From positions 1 through 53,205 of the forward strand of contig MCFE01000609.1 in NCBI GenBank assembly GCA_002104905.1: 53,205 nt of DNA, in the 5' to 3' direction. This document shows, piece after piece, positions 12,018-22,045 of this stretch. The position numbers were made by a program, and so were the translations under genes. Source of the stretch: Basidiobolus meristosporus CBS 931.73 (lineage: Eukaryota > Fungi > Basidiobolomycota). How positions within the stretch are numbered: position 1 is the stretch's first letter; each line of letters opens with the position of its first letter. Under the pieces are notes generated by a model. That model was not told where the DNA came from. It searched no databases and saw only the letters and a list, made by a program, of their open reading frames with translations.

Positions 12018-13279
12018 TGTGATGATCCCATCAAAAGGCTGCCACAGATTTAAAGTCCTGTGACTAAAAGGTACTGATCCCTTCAGGACACTGTGCAGGG
12101 ACTGTTGAAAAAGAATTGCACCCCAGATTTCACAAAACACTTGGTCAAAATTTTCATCATAATGATATATAAGTGGCTTTTGATTGGTTCCCTGCCAACT
12201 TGCTCACTTTCTAATCCCAGACACTCTATCACCTCCTACGTTTGTGTGCATTGATTGGCTATTGCCTCTTTTTCACACTCCTTACTTCCTGATGCAACCG
12301 TTTCTCTTACTTTTCATGCGTACAAATTGATTTATTTCTGTTGAAGCTTCAGTTGAACCTCAATTGCTAATGTTATTGACCTATACAAGTCCCTATACCC
12401 TAAATTAACATTAAGCTTAACTCCATACCTAATAAGTAACTCCTTTAAAATCCACCACTCAACAAGTATTTCTACTGTAATGCTCTGTTTCCATGACTTT
12501 AGCAGGAACCTTACAGCTTTATGCCACTGTTCATCTACTGGCTCCCATATGTCCTGGTCTTCAGCCAGCACTGCAAGGTATAGCACCTCATCTGCCAGTC
12601 TTTGAATTAAATCCTTGCAATATTGAAGTACATTTTCTTCAGAACTACTCATGAAGAAGTGCTGTAACCTCTTGGTGTGCCTATCAACATTCCAAAATTA
12701 CACAGTAGGCATTGTGATAACCTTATGAGTTCTTGACATTGTTAGTTTGTCTGTCAGTGAGATCTTACCTCTGTCAACAATGGAGAATGCCATTCTCTGC
12801 AAGCTCATCTACCACTCTGGAGTGTAGCTCAGCTGGCTGCACTTCCAATTGTTCTGAAAACAGCTGTTTTCTTGTTAGTAATTCTTCTTGGCTATGATGG
12901 GATTCAGTCTGTTCCAGGCTTACAGTGTTAATTGGCAAGAACTGCAGCATTTTTCTCATGCCACCCTGTCTCTGGCTTGTGTAGACTTTTTTCCCTTTAC
13001 CTTTTCCTTGATCACTGCTGGGTCTTTCACTGCCACTTTGTCTGGGTGCCTCTTCTATTGACCTATATTTTCTCCTAGATAAATGCTGCTGTGATGCATC
13101 TGTTTTGGCCTGCATTTCCCTTGCTGCCATTCTGTGGGCAACCTGACACTTCTTTCCCACTTGTTTTGAGCTCTCAGCCCATGCTGTGATGGGCTCCTGA
13201 GGTAGCTGCTTGTATTTATCACTGCCAGGTCCTTCACTGCTAGTTTGATTGAGTGCTTGCCTTTTATGGGATCATCACA
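12018..13279. mobile_element. 1262-bp element with TGT...ACA ends, about 22-bp TIRs and a perfect 5-bp TSD
   Basis: Left end TGTGATGATCCCATCAAAAGGC; the right end reverse-complements to TGTGATGATCCCAT-AAAAGGC. ACTAT occurs at 12013-12017 and 13280-13284. Confidence 0.85.
12332..12652 (-). CDS. Unknown helical protein or fragment carried by the TIR element
   Basis: 106-aa open frame. The same peptide is recognisable, with stops, in the copy at about 2640-2940. Confidence 0.4.
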   Translation of the reverse strand: MSSSEENVLQYCKDLIQRLADEVLYLAVLAEDQDIWEPVDEQWHKAVRFLLKSWKQSITVEILVEWWILKELLIRYGVKLNVNLGYRDLYRSITLAIEVQLKLQQK

Positions 13280-13542
13280 ACTATTTCCTGTAGGGTGGTC
13301 TATTTTTGGCAATGACGCCATCTCCACATTCAGGCCTTTTTGATGATTGTGTTTGATCCTGTTGTAAGAGTCTTGGAGATATTGGAAGTGATTAGGAGGA
13401 GAAGTAGATTAGGTGGTTTTCACTTAATGATTTATTGAATGTAAAAGTAGTATTTATACTTTTACCTGGTCTTGGCATAAAAAACACGTAGAATAGGTAA
13501 GGAAGGTCCCAAGAACATGTGTGCAAAGTTTGGGGCTGTTTG

Positions 13543-13890
13543 TGTTGTAAGAGTCTTGGGGATTTGGAAGTGATTGGGAGGACAAGTAGAGTGTGTGGTT
13601 TTCACTTAATGTTTATTAGTTGTAAAAGTAGTATTTATACTTTTACCTGGTCTTGGCATTACAAACACGTAGAGTAGGTTAAGGAAGGTCCCAAGAACAT
13701 GTGTGCAAAGTTTGGGACTGCTTGGACAACTTTGAAAATTTTCATGTTCTGGGTAGCTGGTATTTTGGTGAAAATATTCCAAGAAATTCCCAACAAGGAA
13801 TTTTGGTCAGTATTCTCTAGGATTTGAAGGTGATGATCTAAATGACTAATTTAGGTGAATACTTAGGTGGAAGTACAAATCTTTACAACA
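13543..13890 (-). repeat. Solo LTR nested inside the 3' LTR of the Copia element
   Basis: 348 bp TGTTGTAA...TTACAACA, flanked by perfect TSD GTTTG (13538-13542 and 13891-13895). The host LTR resumes in register. Confidence 0.95.
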
Positions 13891-14070
13891 GTTTGGACAA
13901 CTTTGAGAATTTCATGTTCTGGGTACCTGGTATTTTGGTGAAAATATTCCAAGTAAATCCCAACAAGGAATTTGGTCAGTATTCTCTAGGATTTGAAGGT
14001 GCTGATCTAAGTGACTAAGTTAGGTGAATATTTAGGTGGAAATACAAATTTTTACAACACTCCCACTCAG

Positions 14071-17000
14071 CTAAATGCTCATACTGACTAGTCCTAATTT
14101 TGACCTAAGATACTCAAACTTGTTTCTAGCTAATGGCTTGGTAAATATGTCTGCAATCATTTCATCTGTAGGACAGTAAGCTAATCTAACTAAGTTATTC
14201 TCTATAGCTTCACATATGAAATGATGGCTAATATCTATGTACTTGGTTCTAGCATAAAAAGTTGGATTTCTACCTAATTGTATACATCCTTGATTATCTT
14301 GAAACAAAGTAATAGGCATTTTTTGACATAGGCCTATATCTGTAAAAAGTTTTCTTAACCACATTGCTTCTTTTGTAGCTTGACAGGCTGCCATGTACTC
14401 TGTCTCTGTGGTAGAGAGTGCTACGGTTGGTTGCTTTCTTGAGTTCCATGAAATTGCTCCTTTACAGCCAAGAAAGGTGTATCCTGTGGTGGATCTTCTG
14501 TCTTCTAAATTTTGTCCCCAATCAGCATCAGAGTATCCCACCAGATCCTGTTCTGAGTCATTATAAGTGTATCTTAAGCAGATATCAGCAGTTCCTTCTA
14601 GGGATCAAAAAATTTGCTTAACTGCTGCAATATGATCAGATCCATAGCTCTGATTATGTTGGCTGACAGCTCCCACTGAATATGAGATATCTGGACGTGT
14701 TCCAAGCATGATATACATCAGACTGCTAATCATTTATTGAGAAGGAAAGTCAGGGCTTTCAGATGGCACCAAGCTCTCTTGATTTGGACAAGTTTTGACC
14801 AAGTTAAGTTCTGTCTCCATTGGGGTAGCTGCTGGTTTACAGTCTTCCATTTGGTACTTCTTTAGTATATCTTGAATATACTTGGATTGGCTTAGGGTGA
14901 TAGTTGGGGTACTTCTGTCTATGGAGAACTTAATCCCTAAGTAGTAACTAAGTTCTCCTAGATCAGACATCTTAAACTCCTTCGATAGGCTGGATTTAGT
15001 CCCTTCCAATGTTTCTAGGTTATTGGCAGCTATAATAAGATCATCCACATATAGAGCCAATAGAACTGAATCTGCTCTATCCAACTTATAGTATATACTA
15101 TAGTCAGCATTACTCCTTTTGAAACTCAAAGATTCCATATAAGAATCTATCTTACAATTCCAGGCTCTTGGTGATTGTTTGAGACCATATAGTGACTTTT
15201 TAGGCTTGCAAACCAAATGGGGGTTATCTTGGTCAACAAATCCATCAGGCTGGTCCATATACATGTCCTCATCAAGTTCTCCATTCAAAAATGCATTTTT
15301 TACATCCATTTGATGAATAAAAAACTTATATTTGGCTACAATAGCCAATATTAATCTGATGGAATTAAACTTGGCTACCAGTGCAAAGGTCTCAGTATAG
15401 TCAAGTCCTTTTGTTTGAGAGTATCCTTTGGCTACAAGTCTTGCTTTGTATCTTTCAGTTGTACCATCAGCCTTGTATTTTGTCTTGAACACCCATCTGC
15501 ATCCAATTGATTTTCAGTTGATTGGTAATTTGATCAAGTCCCAAGTTTGATTTTCCGTCAGGGCCTGATATTCCTCAGTCATTGCAGATCTCCAAAGCTT
15601 TGTCTGAGGGCTATTTAGAACCTCTTTTACAGTCTGGGGCTCATCAATATGGACTGAATAGGCATAGGCTAAGTTTGTACCCTCATTGATATAGTATTTT
15701 GGGCTATTTCTTGTCCAATTGGAACTCTGGGCACTTGATACTGGAATGGTCACTTCTGGGATATACCTAGGCACTGATTCTGGCTGAACCACGGTTGTAG
15801 AGTCCTCTGGAGTGAAAAAATTTTCATTGTTTTGCTCTGATTCAATCCAGACAGTTGGGGGATTTGAGATCAAATTTTCATCATCATCTGATGTCATTTT
15901 TTGTGAAAATTTTAAATGTTCATCAAACAACACATCCATGGACTTGATCAGCTTCTTTGCTTTGGTATTGTAGAGTCTGTATGCCTTACTCTCATTGCAT
16001 AAGCCTAAAAATATGCATTTTACACTTTTTGGCTCAAATTTTGACTGATTTCCGGCCAGTTTTTTGGCATATGCTGTACACCCAAATATTCTTAGATGTT
16101 CTGCACTTGGTCTGTATCCGTACCATGCTTCAAATGGAGTAGAATCACAAAGTATTCTGTTATAACTCCTATTTTTAGGGTATACAGCAGTGGCAACTGA
16201 TTTTGCCCAAAAATCATAGGATAATTTTTGATCATGGATAATAGATCTTGCCATATCAAATATTGATCTGTTAGCATGTTCTGCTACTCCATTTTGCTTT
16301 GGGGAGTATGGTACAGTAGTCTCTTGCTTTATCCCATGAATTTTGCAGAAGTGGATGAAGAGTTTTGAGGTATATTCTCCATCATTGTCAGAGCGTATTT
16401 TCTTGATTTTTTCACCAGTTTCTCTCTCCACCATGGCTTTAAACTCCCTGAGCTTAGACAGAGCTTCTTCCTTTCTCTCCATGAAGTAGACCCATGTGTA
16501 TCTTGTATAATCATCAATAAAAGTGATTAAGTACTTCATCCTGCCTAAGGATAAATTTTGCATAGGTCCACACAGATCTGAGTGAGTTAGATCTAATTTT
16601 TTTCTTAGTTTTGATTAACCCAGAGCTCTTGAATGGTTGTCTGGCTTGTTTCCCATATATGCAGGCTTCACAGTGCTCCATATTAGCTGGGGGATCAATT
16701 TTCACTCCAGAAATTAGCTGATCTTTGATCACTTTACGCAAATAATCAAAATTGTGTGTCCAAATCTCCTGTGCCAAAGCATTGGTGTTTCTTCATTTAA
16801 GTTACTTATATTGGCTTCCAGATATGATGGAATATAAGTCAACTTGTATAGATTCTGATCTCTGATGCCCAAAGCAATATGGGCACCATTTTGATCAGTG
16901 ATCCTGCATCCAGAATTGTCAAAACTGAAACTGAGTCCTTCTGCTTTGGCCTTGCTTACAGAGAGTAGGTTCTTGGCTATTTCTGGTACATAGAGTACTT

Positions 17001-18014
17001 CTTTAAAGGTCAGTGTATGGCTTCCTTCACTGCTTCTAAGGTTTACTTGGATAGTTCCTTCTCCCACTGCATCAAGTGTTCTATTGTCACCCATGAAAAC
17101 CTTCTTAATTGGAATTTCTTGATATTGGGTAAGAAGTTCTTTTTGGTGTGTAAAGTTTTGAGATGCTCCAGAGTCAATATACCACGTCTGAGAATCCTTG
17201 TTTGTGGTCATATTTAGTGCAGATATGAATAGTCTATCTTCAGTTGTTGCAGCATTTCCATATTCAGGCTTCTTTTGCTGATAATCTCTCTTTTTGAAAC
17301 ACCGGTCTGATGTGTGTCCTTTCCTTTTGCAGTAGTTGCAAAATAGGTTGCTGTTGCCTTTGTAGGGTCTTGGGTACCTCCTTTGCTGGTTATCATTGCA
17401 TATTAAAGCATTTTCTTCTTCCTTCTTATTGGCGCTTGATTTTCTTAATTCTTCATCCAGGAGCCTTCCATATACGTAATTTGAGGTCAAATCTTCAGTT
17501 CTGGACTCTAGGGCTGATACAAGGCCCTGAAACTCGTCTGTCAGGCTATTCAGGATGGTAACTATCACATCCTCATCAGTAGTTGGTACGCCCACAGATT
17601 CCATCTCATCTACCAGCAGGGTAATTCTGTTAATTAGATATTTCATTTCTTCTCCTGGCAGCATCTTTGTAGTAAAGAATTTTCTTCTCAGATACATTTT
17701 CTTGGCAGCTGAACATGACTGGTAGGTTTCTTCTAATGCTTTACAGGCATTCTTTGCCGTTTTTGCTCTTGAGCATTGAATTAGCAATTTGTCCTTGACA
17801 TTAAGGCAAATGCAGTTAATGGCACTTTGTTCTTTCTTCTGGTACTTTAAGGCTTCCTCTCCCACGTTTTTAGGAGGGCATTCTTCTCCCATGACAATAT
17901 CCCAAAGGCCTCTTTCTTGCAGCAGCATCTTCATCTTCACCTTCCACACTTGGTAGTTAGATCCATCCAACTTTTCAGCAGAGGGAAAATTCCAGTAATA
18001 GCAGTAGTAGACAT
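14071..18014 (-). pseudogene. gag-pol: Copia gag-pol polyprotein, frameshifted
   Basis: Gag with CCHC knuckle CNYCKRKGHTSDRC, protease WYIDSGAS and WHRRFGH (16729-17970); CEAC zinc motif (16514-16777); integrase core TFIDD/RSDN/QNGVAE (15514-16563); RT LYVDDL (14734-15492); RNase H YSDADW (14071-14541). The ATG at 18014 is one base out of frame. Confidence 0.95.
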
Positions 18015-18033
18015 TGCAGAGAGTGACAGCTTG

Positions 18034-18045
18034 GGGCTCATAACC
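18034..18045 (-). promoter_or_regulatory. Primer-binding site complementary to the anticodon arm of initiator tRNA-Met
   Basis: GGTTATGAGCCC directly follows the LTR end and is complementary to GGGCUCAUAACC of fungal tRNAi-Met (copia/Ty5-type half-tRNA priming). Confidence 0.9.
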
Positions 18046-18394
18046 TGTTGTAAGAGTCTTGGAGATATTGGAAGTGATTTGGAGAACAAGTAGATTATGT
18101 GGTTCTCACTTAATGATTTATTGAATGTAAAAGTAGTATTTATGCTTTTACCTGGTCTTGGCATTACAAGCACATAGAATAGGTTAGGGAAGGTCCCAAG
18201 AACATGTGTGCACAGTTTGGGGCTGTTTGGACAACTTTGAGAATTTTCATGTTCTGGGTACCTGATATTTTGGTGACAATATTCCAAGTAAATCCCAACA
18301 AGGAATTTGGTCAGGATTCTCTAGGATTTGAAGGTGATGATCTAAGTGACTAAGTTAGGTGAATATTTAGGTGGAAATACAAATTTTTACAACA
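18046..18394 (-). repeat. 5' LTR of the Copia element
   Basis: 349 bp with TGTTGTAA...TTACAACA termini, adjacent to the PBS. Confidence 0.97.
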
Positions 18395-18790
18395 GATTCT
18401 TCAGAAATTTGATATGAATTACTTCCCCAGCTGAAAAGCAAAAGGACAGCCTCTCTTCCCAAAATTTCCACACTACAATACAGGTTTAAAGGTTTTTAAG
18501 CTTCCCTTGCATCACTTACGCTGTTAAGTATCCTGACTTTGATCAGTCCTACACCAGTAAAGAAACTGGTAAGCTCATAGAATTCAATCCAAGTTCTACA
18601 CAAAATCATGTGCTTTTCTGCCTATGGTTTATTTTGGGTGTAAGACTAAAAATATTAGTGAAGGTTATATCTTCTATTCCTCTATCAAACTCCCAATAAG
18701 ATATTTCAGTATCAGTGTACTGGAAGTTGATGTATATAATTGATTAGCCTCTGCATTGCCAAATTAAACCCAAACTAATTATAACACAAC
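18395..18790 (+). repeat. Dispersed repeat, copy 2 (see 6280-6900)
   Basis: By-eye alignment to 6280-6510 and 6770-6900. Confidence 0.8.
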
Positions 18791-18819
18791 ACTACAGAGT
18801 ACTTATACTCTGAAATTGG

Positions 18820-18962
18820 AACATGCTTAGGAAGGTTTCAAGAACATCTGCATAAAGTCTGAGGCTGTTCAGACAACTTATAATATTTCATACTATGGTT
18901 CCCTAATGTTTTGGCAAAACTACTCTTAGTCATTCCCAACAAGGAATTTGGACAGAATTCTT
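18820..18962 (-). repeat. Old LTR fragment
   Basis: GGAAGGTTTCAAGAACAT...GACAACTT...CCCAACAAGGAATTTGG resembles the middle of the Copia LTR. No termini. Confidence 0.7.
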
Positions 18963-19908
18963 GATTCAAACTACATGTGAAATATATATGGTCAAAATGG
19001 GTAATCTAATAAAGATGAGTGATTTATAGCACAGTGTATGAATGAAATGACCAGAGGTAAAGAAGTGTAATTTAACTGGGTAAACTGGTATACTGGCATC
19101 ATACAATAGATGTGGTTAGCCATTGTAAGGCTGTCACAAAGCCATCAGAAGTCTGCTGAAAGGCCATTAAAACATTGACATCCTCTTACCATAATAGGTA
19201 ATCCAGACATACTGGCCAGCTGAATACCACAATAACACTATCAGAATCCCAGTAAGAGCCTGTCAGGTGGCTTATATTGTACCCTCAGTAGAAAAGCTGG
19301 GTAGCTCAAACTATCAAGTCTTGAATCTGAAGCCAAGAGGGTACTGCAGGAAAGTTGCCCCTGCAAAAGATTCATAGCAGAAGAATTCCTCTTCAACAGC
19401 GCTGTACAAAAAGATCTAAAGTACTAGAAGAAGGCATATGGTGTCTTTAACTTGATTTGCCTGACAACAGAGAATAAACATAGAATTCAATTGACAACTA
19501 AGGCTGCAAAGTGCTCTTGGAAGGCATTGGACGTTGCAGCCCAGCCATGCCCAGTAGCCATGAGGATGTATTTATGGCCAAAATTCTTCACCACTAGGAA
19601 TCACTGTGCGCATTGGAAGCTTAGGTTTAAACCAGTGAAAACCTCAAGTAAAAAAACACCCAAGTATACATGCTCGTTGCGTGCCATCATTGGATGGTCC
19701 GGAGTCCATACCAATTGTATGCAGGAAAATTTTGCCGAATATTTCGTAGCATAGTGAATTCGAGATGATTCGTACCGAACGTTACTGCGGAGATGTTTGC
19801 ATGGCACATGAATGATTGGGAAAGTCGCCCACCTAATGGGCATATATCTACATGGGCTCTACATGAAATTTCCCTTGTTAAGCTGACCGTCGATTCACCT
19901 GCAACACA

Positions 19909-22045
19909 ATGAGCTCAGGGAAGTTCAAAGAGCCGACCACGCGAACCACGATATCCTGCGAGGAATGCCGTCGACGGAAACGGAAATGCAGCAAGGATAA
20001 GCCCGTTTGCAACCTGTGTCAGGAGACTGGCTCCGAGTGCGTGTATAGACGTGCACGAAAAGTACCTCTCACTCATTTACTTCGAGCATGCATATTTCGG
20101 GCTGACCAACTTGGATTTATCACAGCGTGGTCCACCAACAGGGTACATGCGTGGTAAGCGCTCCGCAAGCTATCTATCTCAACAAACTTCTCAGGAGAAA
20201 CTGTCACTTGCGAGTACCTCGCGGGGAAGTGGGGGGTACTTGAAACAACTCTCGTCACCCTTTTACTCCCTCTCAAAGCCCTCGTTCGAGCCACCCAAGA
20301 TTCCTCTGCCTTTGCAAACCGAGCTATTCCGCACATTTTTGGACCATTTTAGCTGCTCCGCGCCACTATTTCACCACGAATATCTATACCACCGACTAAC
20401 CACCCAAGCTCTACCCGATTTCCTACTTCAGGTCATACTTGCCATAGGAAGTCGATTCTTCCTGAACGCAGGCCACCCCCAGAAGAGCGAAAATCTTCCG
20501 GCCGATTGGGTGAGCCTGGTGAAGGAGACGGATTTCGCCGGGAATGCGCTGCATTTGGCCCAACAGCAACTCTTCGTGGAGCCAAACGTCTCCAACGCCA
20601 TGGCCTTGACTCTTTTGGCCCTTATGCTGCTCTACGATGGCCAAGGTTCCGCTGCTACCATGTGTCTTGGTGGGTTCTAGGATTCGTGAATGATTGGTGC
20701 TAGAGTAGACTAACTGATGTTGCGACCTTGTAGTGTTGGGTGGCAAGTAAGACGTGCTGCTCAGTGTGGTGCAGTAAGGATCGACTAATGATTTGGCTCT
20801 ATGGTACTAGGATCGTAAAGGAGTCAGGACTGGCGTTGCAGGATATCAGCCAAGATGTTCTGGACAGCAGTCCCATCAATGACATCGAGAAAGAAGAGCG
20901 ACGACGTTTGTTTTGGTGGTTGCTTCCTTTAGACCATTGGGCACGGAAAAAAGCGATGTCTGTCGGAGAGAAAACCGCGTGTATATTGCTCCCAAGGGAT
21001 GAGCCAGGCTGGCAGAAAATGCCCCACCTGTTGCCTAGCGCACTCCATCGGCCGGCATACGAGAGCAGGGCCATGTGGTCGTTCATGATCGAAATAGAGC
21101 TGCTGCTGATGGACATCTCGATTTTGATGAACTCGGTGCCCAATCGCAACAAGCAGCCAGAGTTGTTCGAGATTTCCCAAAGCCCGAACGGGATGTTCGA
21201 GGATGTACCGCTGAGGCTGGCCCAATTCCAAGATGCCCTCCACTCATGGAATAATCGGCTCCCTCTGGAATACAGATACGATGCGTTTCGAAACGTATGC
21301 AGGGACCCTGCCCAGGCTGCGGAGAATCCCCACACCAGCGCCCATATACATATTCTCAAGCTGATCCACTTAGGCTACTTGAAAAGTTGGCTACATGTTC
21401 ATCACATCCGGGTGACTCTGCATTGGAATACGGAGGATATGGGGATCGTTAAAGGATGCCTTGAAACGGGTAAGTTCTCTCGGACAAGACAATCCATGAA
21501 TGGCCGGATAACTTTGTGTACTTTACGTACGTTTAGCGGAAGCGTTGACTTCCATAGTGCGAAGCCTGCCTGATAATGAGCTAGTTGATGAGCCGGTGAC
21601 TTTGTCGAATTGTATCCTCGCCTGCAGTGTCCTTGTTACCTTTATCGAGTACATCCTTCATAGTATGACGAGGAAATTAAACCCTGCCGAGTACTCCACC
21701 AGGCTGGGATCTGTGGAGAAGTGGCAGTTGGCAATGCAAGCCAAACGGCATATCAACACCATCCATGATCGGTTCTCGAGTATCGTAACTGTCTGGAGAT
21801 ACTCAACCTTGGATCTTTCTCGATTGGCGGAAATTCGAGCCATCGCTCAGCATAGGTGCACCCAAATTCATGCCCAAATCATGGCTCTCCCTTTGTCGTC
21901 ATTGCAGGGAAAATCCATTCCTAATCCTCTGGAACTCCGTAATGTCGCCATACCTTCCGACTTGGACACCATCTACCACGAATGCGATTCCATAAAGGAA
22001 GTCCCGAATAGCGGCTTGGTACTTCCTGACAACCAAGGAGCATGA
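19909..22045 (+). CDS. Zn(II)2Cys6 fungal transcription factor with middle homology region (spliced, about 4 introns)
   Basis: CEECRRRKRKCSKDKPVCNLCQETGSEC cluster. Intron 20062-20125 (GT..CTGAC..AG) joins YRRARK to RGPP. EKEERRRLFW motif of the fungal TF domain. Further GT-AG introns near 20670-20810 and 21470-21535. Confidence 0.92.

Larger units (their letters stand above)
13360..18394 (-). mobile_element. Near-complete Ty1/Copia LTR retrotransposon
   Basis: 5' LTR 18046-18394; 3' LTR 13360-13542 plus 13896-14059; PBS 18034-18045; PPT GAGTGGGAG adjoining 14059; flanks GATCC / GATTC (TSD with one C>T); complete gag-PR-IN-RT-RH order. Confidence 0.97.

Noticed and set aside
20073-21359. Minus-strand ORFs overlapping the Zn2Cys6 gene, and plus-strand ORFs over the arrestins and transporter
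   Set aside because: Antisense shadows of real coding sequence.
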